Source: an uncultured virus (IMG/VR IMGVR_UViG_3300007512_001367)
Lineage: Duplodnaviria > Heunggongvirae > Uroviricota > Caudoviricetes
IMG/VR virus record: IMGVR_UViG_3300007512_001367
Span: 1 to 64,000 of that record
Direction: 5' to 3' (one strand)
DNA: 64,000 nt
The notes under the pieces are model-generated. The model had not been told where the DNA came from. It did not search any database and saw only the letters and a program-made list of their open reading frames with translations. Shown one piece after another: positions 19,824 to 29,581 of this stretch. The position numbers were made by a program, and so were the translations under genes. Numbering within the stretch: the stretch's first letter is position 1; every line of letters starts with the position of its first letter.

Positions 19824-21274
19824 GGATATTAGGAATAAATTGCATGAACCATGACGCCGCAATGGCAGTAGTAGACGACAGAGAAATTCTGTGGGCCGCA
19901 CATTCAGAACGTTATTCAAGAATTAAAAATGATCATTTCTTAAATCAAGCAATTGTTGACGAAGCAAAAACATATGGACCGTTTGATAAAGTTGTTTATT
20001 ATGAAAAACCTTTGTTAAAGAAAACTAGACAACTATATGCAGGACAATATAGTGATGCTTTAAGTTATACAGAAATGCCACAATGGAATTTGGATAGGTT
20101 TGGAATTAAAATTGATGAATATGTAAATCATCATAATTCACACGCCGCGGCAGGATATTTTACATCACCATTTAAAGAAGCAGTAATTCTTACAGTTGAT
20201 GCAATTGGAGAATGGGATACAGTGTCTATATCAGTTGCAAAAGGAAATAAAATTGAACGGAAAGAAACTATAAGGTATCCGCATTCATTAGGAATATTGT
20301 ATTCTGCATTTACACAACGTTGTGGATTAAAACCTGCAGAAGAAGAATATATTTTAATGGGAATGGCGGCATATGGAAAACCAGATTATAAAGATGATAT
20401 ATATGAAGATTTTGTTCAGCAAGGTCCTTTTAAATTAAAACAAAACTTACATCAAGGTATAGGTAATTGGCACGCCGGCGCAGATCCAGTTGATCTTGCC
20501 GCATCAGTACAAGCTGTTCTTGTAGAATGTCTTGCAAATTTATGGCAAAGAGCATCTGAGTATGGTAGTAAAAATTTAGTTTATGTAGGAGGTGTTGCAT
20601 TAAATTGTGTAGCTAATTCAGGACTTGCTAATATGGGATTGTTTGATAATATTTGGATTATTCCTAATCCGGGTGATGCAGGATCTTCAATAGGATGTAT
20701 TGCGGCTTCAGAACAAAAACATTTAAATTGGAAAAATCCATTTTTAGGTTATAACATTAAAAGTGAATATCCAGTTGATGCAATTATAAAAGAATTAACA
20801 GAAAGTAAAATTTGTGGAGTTGCAAATGGTAAAGCAGAGTTCGGACCACGAGCACTTGGTAATAGATCGCTTTTGGCTGATCCGAGAGGTCCAGGGATTA
20901 AGGATATGGTAAATCGAATTAAGAGAAGACAGAAATTTAGACCATTCGCTCCGGCTATTTTAGAAGAGGATGTAAATGACTATTTTGCTCTCCCAACCCC
21001 CGTAAAAAATACCCCTTATATGCAGTTTACAGCGGCGTACACGCATGGTAAAGACTGTCCTGCCATTATACACTATGATAACTCAAGCCGTGTGCAAACC
21101 GTGTCTAAAAGCGATAACGAAGGGTTTTATGAGCTGTTAAAAGCATGGAAAAAAAAGACAGGGTGCCCAATGCTTCTAAATACTAGTTTGAATATTAAGG
21201 GGCAACCGATGGTAAATGACATCGAAGATGCCAATGCATTTACCTACAAATATGGAGTAAAGGTATGTCAGTAA
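19820..21274 (+). CDS. Carbamoyltransferase (NodU/CmcH family)
   Basis: HDAA, HHxxHAA, DAIGE, GGVALNC, EFGPRALGNRS, RPFAP, LLNTSLN. Confidence 0.92.
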   Translation: MRILGINCMNHDAAMAVVDDREILWAAHSERYSRIKNDHFLNQAIVDEAKTYGPFDKVVYYEKPLLKKTRQLYAGQYSDALSYTEMPQWNLDRFGIKIDEYVNHHNSHAAAGYFTSPFKEAVILTVDAIGEWDTVSISVAKGNKIERKETIRYPHSLGILYSAFTQRCGLKPAEEEYILMGMAAYGKPDYKDDIYEDFVQQGPFKLKQNLHQGIGNWHAGADPVDLAASVQAVLVECLANLWQRASEYGSKNLVYVGGVALNCVANSGLANMGLFDNIWIIPNPGDAGSSIGCIAASEQKHLNWKNPFLGYNIKSEYPVDAIIKELTESKICGVANGKAEFGPRALGNRSLLADPRGPGIKDMVNRIKRRQKFRPFAPAILEEDVNDYFALPTPVKNTPYMQFTAAYTHGKDCPAIIHYDNSSRVQTVSKSDNEGFYELLKAWKKKTGCPMLLNTSLNIKGQPMVNDIEDANAFTYKYGVKVCQ

Positions 21275-21759
21275 ATTTTGAATTTAAGTTTAAAAATATT
21301 AATCCTGTTAATAACAAGTATCCAATTTGCAGAATAGAACTTAATAGTAATGATATTTGTGTTGGTAAAGTAGAGCGAAGAATAGTTTTAGATGCAGACA
21401 CGCAGGAGAACAATGTCTTAAGAATATTTTTTGAAAACAAAGGGAACAAGGACACTATTTTAGATGATAACAATAAAATTAAACAAGATCTAAATTTTGA
21501 ATTAGAAAAATTAACTATAGACGGGATCGATTTGCAACATTTGATATGGGAGAGCAGATATGTTACTAAAGACTCTGTGATTGATTCTTGTTTGTTTTTT
21601 GGGCCAAAAGGATATTGGGAATTAAAATTTGATACACCTGTATTGAAATGGTTTCTAAAGACCAATCATAATAAGAACAACAACGATCCTACCTGGGAGG
21701 AAGATTACAAATATTACGAAGAATCATGTCAGATATTAAACAAAATACAGATAAAATAA
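21265..21759 (+). CDS. Hypothetical protein
   Basis: ORF track; overlaps the upstream stop. Confidence 0.65.
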   Translation: MSVNFEFKFKNINPVNNKYPICRIELNSNDICVGKVERRIVLDADTQENNVLRIFFENKGNKDTILDDNNKIKQDLNFELEKLTIDGIDLQHLIWESRYVTKDSVIDSCLFFGPKGYWELKFDTPVLKWFLKTNHNKNNNDPTWEEDYKYYEESCQILNKIQIK

Positions 21760-22796
21760 CAAAGATTGCTTGGGCACTAATGACAGCCTCAGCAAAAAAG
21801 AAGTTGGATGTTCCGGGTGAATACCTATGGAATATTCCAGTAAGTGATGAATTCCACGAGATAAGGTCCAAATCTTGGAGTGTGTATTCTAGTGGTAACT
21901 GCATAAAGGATCAACACTTGAGAGATTTTATTCAAGGTATCAATTTGAACAAATCCTTACGAGACCCTTACGTAGTGAAAAAATTTGAGGAGTATTTTCC
22001 GGTGTGGTTGAAACAATGTCCAAGGTATCAATTAAAAGGCATTAATGATTTCAAATACAGTTGTTTCTCACAAGGTTCACAAGAATACTTTGTAAATTTT
22101 TATTTGAAATACCGGGATAAAAGATTTCGAGTATTCAAAGGAGAGTACTGGTGGCACATGGAGGTTTGGAAACATTTAGAACTTAAATGGGCGTACATAG
22201 AAGATGACGATTTGGGTGCCGATGACGTTGTAATATTAAGTTTTCCTTTTGCACGGTTAGGTGACGAACATCCACAGCAAAAAGATTTGTTGGAACAGTG
22301 TGAAAGAATTGGCATACCAGTAATGTTAGATTTCATATACATACCCAACGCGACGTATGATACTCTACAAATTGATTTGACACCAACTTGCATTAAGTCT
22401 TTAAGTTTTAGTTTCAGTAAAGCGTTTCCAGTAGGAAATGCCAGAATAGCATTACGAATGACAAGGGAAAAAATAAAAGATCCAATGCAGATAAGCAATG
22501 ATGAAAACGTTGCTAACAGGCTTGCCTCGGGTCTTGGTTTACAGTTAATGAAAAATTATAATGTAGATTACATGGTTGAAAAATACTTCGACGAACAAAA
22601 ACATTGGTGTAGGTCTCTTGGATTGAAACCAACAAAGGTGGTGCATTTCGCTTTAGGTGAACCATTCACTGAGCATGGTAGAAAGAATAATAAAAGATTT
22701 TTTAGTGAATTTAATGATCAACAAAATAGATATAATCTTGGACCTCTTTTTGAAAATAAAAAATTATTACAAACTTTAGGATTTTATGAATATTAA
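21726..22796 (+). CDS. PLP-dependent aminotransferase-like protein (start may be 21780)
   Basis: PVMLDFIY and SFSFSKAF...RIA fold-type I motifs. Confidence 0.6.
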   Translation: MSDIKQNTDKITKIAWALMTASAKKKLDVPGEYLWNIPVSDEFHEIRSKSWSVYSSGNCIKDQHLRDFIQGINLNKSLRDPYVVKKFEEYFPVWLKQCPRYQLKGINDFKYSCFSQGSQEYFVNFYLKYRDKRFRVFKGEYWWHMEVWKHLELKWAYIEDDDLGADDVVILSFPFARLGDEHPQQKDLLEQCERIGIPVMLDFIYIPNATYDTLQIDLTPTCIKSLSFSFSKAFPVGNARIALRMTREKIKDPMQISNDENVANRLASGLGLQLMKNYNVDYMVEKYFDEQKHWCRSLGLKPTKVVHFALGEPFTEHGRKNNKRFFSEFNDQQNRYNLGPLFENKKLLQTLGFYEY

Positions 22797-23880
22797 ATTT
22801 ACTGGATTAGACAGATTGTATGATAGTTTTAGTTGGCGTATAACAAGACGTGCCAAAGCAGTATGGAAGAGTGGTAATATGATAATTGGTCGTCATGTTT
22901 TAACTAGTGAAGTTGCACAACTTGAAACTAGTATTGCAAAATATACAAAAAGAGAATATGCAGTTGCAGTTGGTAGTGGAACTGATGCGTTATATTTTGC
23001 TCTTAAGACGAAAGGAATAGGTCCTGGTAAAAATGTTTTATGTCCAGCAGTATCTTTTATGGCAACTGCAGAAGCAATTAAAAGAACCGGAGCAAGTATT
23101 GAATTTATTGATATTGATGAAAATGGTCAAATTGGTCAACTTACACCAATTAATAAAGTTGATGCAGTAGTATATGTAAATCTTTTTGGTAATTTAGCAA
23201 ATTATGATCGGCTTAAAACGTTTTGTGAAGAAAGAAAAATTCCATTAATAGAAGATGCCGCACAATCGTTAGGATCATTTTATAAAAAAATTCCATCAGG
23301 AAAATTAGGTGATATTAGTGTATTAAGTTTTGCACCATCAAAACCTTTACCAGCATTTGGAAATGGTGGAATGGTAGTATGTGATACTTTAGAAGAAGCT
23401 CAGGCTATTAGAGCATATCGTTATCATGGAGCAGGACCAATACGTATTAGTCATGGATACAATTCTGTATTATCTGAAGATCATGCCGCTATATTAAATT
23501 TTCTATTTTCAAAATATAAAGGGTTACTTAAAAAGAGAGCAAAGATTAGACGATGGTATGAAGAAGAGTTTGACAAAATGCATATTAATAGTGTTAAAAC
23601 ACCAGAAAAAACAGTAAGCAATAATCACAAACTAGTACTTAAATTGCAAAATAGAGATGAATTACAAATATTTTTAGCTAATAAAGGTATTGAAACGCAA
23701 GTACATTATAAAAAACCTATGCCAGAGTTATATTTTTTTAAAAAAGATCCATTAGTTAATGGGTATTGGAAAGCAGAAGCATTTTGTAAAGAAGTTATTT
23801 CGTTGCCAATTTATCCTTATCTTAAAGAAGAAGAAGTAAAATACATTTGTAAATGTATTCAGGAATTTTATGGCGTTTGA
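22786..23880 (+). CDS. DegT/DnrJ/EryC1/StrS sugar aminotransferase
   Basis: SGTDAL, IEDAAQSLG, SFAPSKPL..FGNGG, SLPIYP. Confidence 0.9.
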   Translation: MNIKFTGLDRLYDSFSWRITRRAKAVWKSGNMIIGRHVLTSEVAQLETSIAKYTKREYAVAVGSGTDALYFALKTKGIGPGKNVLCPAVSFMATAEAIKRTGASIEFIDIDENGQIGQLTPINKVDAVVYVNLFGNLANYDRLKTFCEERKIPLIEDAAQSLGSFYKKIPSGKLGDISVLSFAPSKPLPAFGNGGMVVCDTLEEAQAIRAYRYHGAGPIRISHGYNSVLSEDHAAILNFLFSKYKGLLKKRAKIRRWYEEEFDKMHINSVKTPEKTVSNNHKLVLKLQNRDELQIFLANKGIETQVHYKKPMPELYFFKKDPLVNGYWKAEAFCKEVISLPIYPYLKEEEVKYICKCIQEFYGV

Positions 23881-25198
23881 TTGTTATTGTATTAATTTTC
23901 AAAATAAAAAAAGTAAAGAAAATATAAACAAAATTAAACAAGTTTTTCCATATGTTAAAGTAATGCCTTTTATAAAAAGTTATTATGATTTAAGTAAAGT
24001 TATAATAGAATCAGCTAATACTGAATATGTGTGGATGTTAAGTAGCAAAATAGATTACACAAAATTTGATTTTAATTATATACCAGAACAATTTGAAGCA
24101 AAACAATTGCACACATGGAGTTGTCCAACACAAAAAGAAGGCGATACGTTTTTATTTCATAAATCTTTTACAACACAAAATATAAAATTTTTAAGAGATT
24201 TTGAACACGTAAATTATCATACAGAAAATTTAAAATATGATAATGATGTAGAAGCAGTTGAATTTAATTTAAGTAATGTTATTGAATCATTACCAAAAAA
24301 TAAAATTCCAAATTCACAATATATTAGATATTATGAAACTGGAGAAGAAGAAGAAATGTTTTATCCATCGTATTGGGAAGATTTAAAAATATATCTAGCA
24401 GGAAAAACGTTTTATATTCCTCGTAAAGCTCTACAAGATATTAGAACACAGTTATATGATTATAATTTACTGTACACAATAAAAGATAATAACAAAAAAG
24501 ATTGCTTTGATGTTATTTTTATTTCAAATGGAGAGCCTTTTGAACAAGAAAATTTTGATATTTTACAAGCTCATATTAAAAAATATAGTTTAAAAAATAA
24601 ATTACATTGGGTAAAAAATGTTAAAGGTAGAAGTCAAGCATACAAAGAAGCCGCTAAACAGTCTAATACAGAATATTTTTATGCCGTATTTGCTAAAAGT
24701 ATTGTAGCAGATACATTTATGTTTGATTATACAATAGATAGATGCTTAACAAAAAGACATTATATTTTTCATTCTCGTTTAGAAGAATTAGATCTAGATT
24801 ATGGTACATTTAACATTAATATCTATAATAAAAGTTTATGTTTAGCTACTGCTAATGATAATATTTTAGATTTTACATTATCACAACCACATGAAGTAAT
24901 ATCAATTATTGCTAGTACATCATTATTAACACCCGACAATTATACTGCATGGAAAAATGCATTTAGAGAAGTTTCAAAATTAATATTATGGAATGAACGT
25001 AAACCTACTGTAGAAACATCTTATAGATTAAAAAAATGGATGGCAACGGAACATAAATGGTTAGCACGTGGTTCAAAAGATGCAAAAGATTTTGTTAAAG
25101 AATGTGCGTATGATGAAGATAAAATTTTACAAACTTATACTTGGGATTTTTGTAGAAGTAAATTTAAATCTTTGTACCCAACGGAAACTTTTTATTAA
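23870..25198 (+). CDS. Two-domain glycosyltransferase-like protein; C-terminal half paralogous to 10414..11307
   Basis: FDVIFISNGEP, VKGRSQAYKEAA, AWKNAFREVSKL; the DxD position reads FAK. Confidence 0.55.
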   Translation: MAFDCYCINFQNKKSKENINKIKQVFPYVKVMPFIKSYYDLSKVIIESANTEYVWMLSSKIDYTKFDFNYIPEQFEAKQLHTWSCPTQKEGDTFLFHKSFTTQNIKFLRDFEHVNYHTENLKYDNDVEAVEFNLSNVIESLPKNKIPNSQYIRYYETGEEEEMFYPSYWEDLKIYLAGKTFYIPRKALQDIRTQLYDYNLLYTIKDNNKKDCFDVIFISNGEPFEQENFDILQAHIKKYSLKNKLHWVKNVKGRSQAYKEAAKQSNTEYFYAVFAKSIVADTFMFDYTIDRCLTKRHYIFHSRLEELDLDYGTFNINIYNKSLCLATANDNILDFTLSQPHEVISIIASTSLLTPDNYTAWKNAFREVSKLILWNERKPTVETSYRLKKWMATEHKWLARGSKDAKDFVKECAYDEDKILQTYTWDFCRSKFKSLYPTETFY

Positions 25199-26165
25199 TA
25201 TCTAAATTTTCAAAATAAAATGGTTGTCCTAAAAACCAATTCATATATTTTGGGATACCTTCTTCAATATCTATTGTAGGATTAAAATTTAGCATAGTCT
25301 TTGCTTTGTCACTATTAAGTGTATCTCTGTTTGGATAAAAATCGTCATGTGGTTTAGTAATAATTGTTCCTGTACCTAGTTTTTGTTTTATTATTTCAGC
25401 CGCTTCAATAATTTTTCTACCATATCCTCTTGTACAATTAAATGTTTCATTTATAATTTCGTTTGTACAAACTAAAGAAAAATATTCTGCTACGTCAAGC
25501 ACATTAGAAAAATCTAATTTATTATCAGGTCCTTGCACAGTCATTGTTCCGGTAGTTAATACATTTTTTAATAAATGACTAATCACCCTTGTTACTGTAT
25601 CTCGAGTACCATAAACTGCCGAAGGTCTCATTATTACATAGTTTAATCCGTGTTGTCGATGCCAAATTTTGCATAAAATTTCTCCTTGTCTTTTATACGA
25701 ACCATAGACTGTATTTGGTTTAGGTATTACATTTTCGTCAGGTATTTGTTTATTAAATTCTCCATATACCATACTGCTAGATGCATATACAATTTTTTCA
25801 ACTTTATGTTTTACACATAAGTCTAAAATATATGAAGTAGCAGTAATCATATTGTTCGTAGCATCAGCTACATTTCTTTTGACCATTTTTGCATTTGGAT
25901 AGGTTGCAACGTGAATAACTCTGTCGGGTTTAAAATCTTCAAACGCTTGTTCCATGAATTGTAAATTTTCAATTTGTCCAATATATTCTTTATCGGTTTG
26001 TGTAATTTCTTTTCTTTGTGATAATATAGGTTGGTATTCCCAATTAGGAAATGTATAATATTGATGATAACAATCAACTACACCAATAATATGATTGTCT
26101 TTTTTTAATTGTTGACAAATATGACTACCAATAAATCCATATCCACCTAATACTAATATTCTCAT
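25164..26165 (-). CDS. NAD-dependent nucleotide-sugar epimerase/dehydratase
   Basis: GGYGFIGSH, ASSSMVYG, YGSYK (YxxxK). Confidence 0.9.
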   Translation of the reverse strand: MRILVLGGYGFIGSHICQQLKKDNHIIGVVDCYHQYYTFPNWEYQPILSQRKEITQTDKEYIGQIENLQFMEQAFEDFKPDRVIHVATYPNAKMVKRNVADATNNMITATSYILDLCVKHKVEKIVYASSSMVYGEFNKQIPDENVIPKPNTVYGSYKRQGEILCKIWHRQHGLNYVIMRPSAVYGTRDTVTRVISHLLKNVLTTGTMTVQGPDNKLDFSNVLDVAEYFSLVCTNEIINETFNCTRGYGRKIIEAAEIIKQKLGTGTIITKPHDDFYPNRDTLNSDKAKTMLNFNPTIDIEEGIPKYMNWFLGQPFYFENLDINKKFPLGTKI

Positions 26166-26806
26166 ACGTCTTTTTTAAACATTATTTGAAATGTTTCTGC
26201 AATTTTGTTTGATCCTAAAAACTCGCCTCGATATTTGTTGTAATTAATTATTTGATTTATAGCACTATCAGAAAAATATGAGTTATATGCTTCAATACTT
26301 TTACGTTTTGTATTAATGTAATCACTAATATCAATATACAAATTGCATTTAAAATTTTTATAATGTAAATTGTAAGGTGTTTCGTCCATACACCAAAATT
26401 GTTCAAAGTTTTTTCTTGCTATACTTCTTGCAATTTTGTGACAAGTTTGATGGTCTTGATGGTGATCTTCCTGCCAATGACTAATTAAAATGTCATGTCT
26501 TTTTGCAATTTTTTCAACGTCAGTAATTACATTATTAGTAAGAGTTAAATTTGGTCTATGGTTGTTGTGTAGTGGAGTATCATATATTATAGTTTTATGT
26601 TTTAAAATTGCATTACTATTTGTTAATTCTTTTTTAACAATTTCTTGATTTCTTTTTGGATGCTCTTCTGCCGCCGGTTGTACCATTATTAAGTTTGTTA
26701 CTGATCCGCCATGGGCGAGAATTTTTGCTACTAATCCTCCACAACCTACTTCCATATCTTCAGGATGAGCAGTTAATATAAAAAACTTTTTAGAAAATGC
26801 TTTCAT
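26162..26806 (-). CDS. PIG-L/LmbE family deacetylase
   Basis: AHPEDMEVGCGG, DHHQDH, AETF. Confidence 0.85.
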   Translation of the reverse strand: MKAFSKKFFILTAHPEDMEVGCGGLVAKILAHGGSVTNLIMVQPAAEEHPKRNQEIVKKELTNSNAILKHKTIIYDTPLHNNHRPNLTLTNNVITDVEKIAKRHDILISHWQEDHHQDHQTCHKIARSIARKNFEQFWCMDETPYNLHYKNFKCNLYIDISDYINTKRKSIEAYNSYFSDSAINQIINYNKYRGEFLGSNKIAETFQIMFKKDV

Positions 26807-26811
26807 TCAAA

Positions 26812-27147
26812 TTATTTAAATGTTTTACCAAGTACAGAAGAAGTTTTTGATTCTATATCTTGTTTTAACAGTGGAATATTAAATTTTAAATCAACTGTTT
26901 TTATTTTAAAATAATTTTTTTCTATAGTATCTTTTAAAAAACTAGCGATACGATCTTGTTTTTTAGTTTTTAGTTCTTTTTCAACATCGTAATGTATTGT
27001 AAGATTGTTTTTAAGAAGTATATTAACGTATATTAGATACTTTACAGGCATATTTGTAAAAGAGAGACCTTCTAATACTTCAGGCCACCCTTTTACAAAA
27101 CCTTTAGTTAACGATATCCAGGATTTATTTTTTGGTTTTTTTGGCAT
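26812..27147 (-). CDS. Hypothetical protein
   Basis: ORF track; operon-like packing. Confidence 0.7.
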   Translation of the reverse strand: MPKKPKNKSWISLTKGFVKGWPEVLEGLSFTNMPVKYLIYVNILLKNNLTIHYDVEKELKTKKQDRIASFLKDTIEKNYFKIKTVDLKFNIPLLKQDIESKTSSVLGKTFK

Positions 27148-27661
27148 CAGACGTTTTGGTTATTGTCTCTGCCATCGGTGTATCATCAGCTACTGCCAAT
27201 TCAGACACTTTTACACCCAGATCTTTTGCAATTTGGGTGTTTAGTTTATCAAGTGCTATTCTTCCATCTGCAGTTGCACCAAAAGTTACAATAATATCTT
27301 TAGTTGCAAACTTTTTGATATAGTTGTCGTTGTGTAATAGTTGCAACATATTAGTTCCATCTGGAAATGTTTGTCTAGACAGAAAAACACCAAATTCTTT
27401 TTCTGCTTGTCCACCATCGGATTCTACTGCTTTCATTAGTGAATCATGATATACATTAGGTAAAAACTTTGTACCTACTACTAAACAGTTATTTGGTTCA
27501 TTTGGTACAGTTCTATAAACAATTACTACTTTTGCTCCACCATCTTTAAGTTCTCCAATATGTTTAAAATGTCTTCGTGGTCCATCGGCTTGACCTCCTG
27601 TTGCTCCTGTACCAGGACCCAATGGCATCACTGTTTCGTTTATGTTCATTAATTTTGCCAT
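27125..27661 (-). CDS. Hypothetical phage protein
   Basis: AAGGAG RBS; ORF track. Confidence 0.75.
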   Translation of the reverse strand: MAKLMNINETVMPLGPGTGATGGQADGPRRHFKHIGELKDGGAKVVIVYRTVPNEPNNCLVVGTKFLPNVYHDSLMKAVESDGGQAEKEFGVFLSRQTFPDGTNMLQLLHNDNYIKKFATKDIIVTFGATADGRIALDKLNTQIAKDLGVKVSELAVADDTPMAETITKTSDAKKTKK

Positions 27662-27670
27662 ATTTTCTCC

Positions 27671-28009
27671 TTATATCTCCCCTATACCTTTTGATACTGG
27701 TGCTTGTGTTTGTGTTGGTGTTTGTGTTGGTGCCGTTCCGGTTGTAGGTGTTCCTTCTTTTTTAGGTTCAGGTGGTGCTACCTTAGCCAAAAATGCTTGA
27801 AGTTTATTATACATTAATCCTACACCTGCCATTTCACTGGCTCTAAATGCACCTCTGCTTGAAGCTACATCTAATATAGCTGTCAAGTTTTTTAAGTCAC
27901 CAATTGATAAAGCACTAGGATCAGGCTGAGGTAAAGCACCAGCCGCCACAGTTGGTTGTGCCGTAGTAGTCTTGGATGCTTTTTTTAGTTTACTTTTCTT
28001 TGTTGCCAT
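27671..28009 (-). CDS. Hypothetical protein with a low-complexity P/T/Q tail
   Basis: AGGAG RBS; promoter upstream. Confidence 0.75.
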   Translation of the reverse strand: MATKKSKLKKASKTTTAQPTVAAGALPQPDPSALSIGDLKNLTAILDVASSRGAFRASEMAGVGLMYNKLQAFLAKVAPPEPKKEGTPTTGTAPTQTPTQTQAPVSKGIGEI

Positions 28010-28054
28010 TTATTTTTTTCTCCTAATTGCAATTAGTATTTAATATATACGCAT

Positions 28055-28083
28055 ATTATACTAATATTAATTATATAAAGCAA
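28055..28083 (-). promoter_or_regulatory. Sigma70-type promoter (a TAAATA element also lies at 28037-28042)
   Basis: TTGCTT-17 bp-TATAAT on the - strand. Confidence 0.6.
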
Positions 28084-28086
28084 CAG

Positions 28087-28353
28087 TTAATTTTGGGGTA
28101 TTTGAGTCATTCCACTCAAAGAGAATAGAATAAGGTCTCCTGGATCTTCAAAACCAAGTACTGTAACAGATTTAGATTTGTCTTTGTCAAATATTACGTC
28201 TTTGGTAATTGAATACCGACCTGAACAATGTTCATATATCCAAGTTCTCATTTTGTGAATGTCATTATCTGAAGCTCTTACCACAGTATTAACAAAATGT
28301 GGTGGTAATATATCTAGTTCTCTTTGGTAAAAGTTTTTTGGATTAATCTTCAT
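28087..28353 (-). CDS. Hypothetical protein
   Basis: ORF track. Confidence 0.7.
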   Translation of the reverse strand: MKINPKNFYQRELDILPPHFVNTVVRASDNDIHKMRTWIYEHCSGRYSITKDVIFDKDKSKSVTVLGFEDPGDLILFSLSGMTQIPQN

Positions 28354-29581
28354 ATTGCACCGTCATTCCAAATGGTGCTTCTATGTTTCGGTCGTATTCG
28401 TTATTAATTAGAAATATGGTATCGCAATAGTCAGCATCACCCCAACTATCAAATGGCCATCCATCTGTAAACATTATAAATTTTTTAGGTTGAATACCTT
28501 CTTTTTTCATATAGTCCCAATTACATTCAAACTCTGTACCACCACCTGAACCTAATTCGTATTCTAATAATTCGTCTGCATTATCAGGTGTAAACACTTT
28601 TGGATTGAATACTTTGGTATCAAATGTCCAAAGATGTATTCTAAAGTCTTTATATTGATCCATTATGTTTTTAACTTCTGTTAAAAATTCTTTACATTGT
28701 TGGTCTGATATTGATCCAGAAGCATCAAGAGCCAAACATATATCAATCATTTGATCATTATTTTGTCCTGGTAGTATAGCAGATGTATGCCATGCTTTTC
28801 TACTTGGTCTCATCCAAGTATAATCAGACTTAATAGTACTCATAATTTGTTGTTGGATTATTTCTCTCCAATCCATTTTTGGTTCGGTTAACTCTTTAAC
28901 CATTCTTTGTATTGCACCTGGTAAACTACCAGCACCTGTTGATTGTGCGGCACTTATCATTGCTTCTTTTACTTCATCTCTTATTTTCTTTAATTCTTCT
29001 TTTGTATAAACTGGCTTACCTTTACCTTTTTCTTTTTTGTTATTATCTTTGCCTTTTCCTGCACCGTCTCCATCTCCCCAATCTATATGCTCGTCCATTA
29101 ATTGACCTAATTTTTCTATTGCTTTCTTACCATTCTTTTTTGCAGTTTTATATAAGTCGTCATAAATTTTTTCTGCAGGCCAATCTTTATATTTGTCATC
29201 TTGGAAACCTTTGTTCTCACCTTTTTTACCTTGTGGCATTTCACCAATTTTACCTTCTACAAGAATTTGATTAACGGCATAATCCGCCGCAATATTCCAA
29301 AGCATAGGTTGTCTATTTCCAATTCTAACTAACATATGTTCAAATACATTATGTAGAACTTCGTGACCAAATAAAAATTCTGCTTCTTTTGGTGTAAGTG
29401 AATCTATAAATTTTCTATTATAAAAGAAATGTCGTCCATCAGTACCAGCAGTAGGACACCAGTCATCTGCATTAACTAATTTTAATCTAGTTGCAAGGTT
29501 ACCAAAAAACGGATGTTTTAAAAGTAAGGCAATCCTTGCGGTAACTAGTTTGTCTATAATTGCTTGGTCTGTTGAGATCAT
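28343..29581 (-). CDS. Metallopeptidase-like/vWA domain protein (DUF2201-like)
   Basis: TAGTDG, HEVLH (HExxH), DASGS (MIDAS), GGGTEF, FTDG. Confidence 0.85.
   Translation of the reverse strand: MISTDQAIIDKLVTARIALLLKHPFFGNLATRLKLVNADDWCPTAGTDGRHFFYNRKFIDSLTPKEAEFLFGHEVLHNVFEHMLVRIGNRQPMLWNIAADYAVNQILVEGKIGEMPQGKKGENKGFQDDKYKDWPAEKIYDDLYKTAKKNGKKAIEKLGQLMDEHIDWGDGDGAGKGKDNNKKEKGKGKPVYTKEELKKIRDEVKEAMISAAQSTGAGSLPGAIQRMVKELTEPKMDWREIIQQQIMSTIKSDYTWMRPSRKAWHTSAILPGQNNDQMIDICLALDASGSISDQQCKEFLTEVKNIMDQYKDFRIHLWTFDTKVFNPKVFTPDNADELLEYELGSGGGTEFECNWDYMKKEGIQPKKFIMFTDGWPFDSWGDADYCDTIFLINNEYDRNIEAPFGMTVQYED

Noticed and set aside
20880..21130. Locally higher GC and odd codons in the carbamoyltransferase 3' part (possible overlapping element)
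   Set aside because: No structure or second ORF could be supported by eye, and the protein motifs remain intact
27707..27730. 12-bp duplication encoding PTQT
   Set aside because: Simple low-complexity linker slippage
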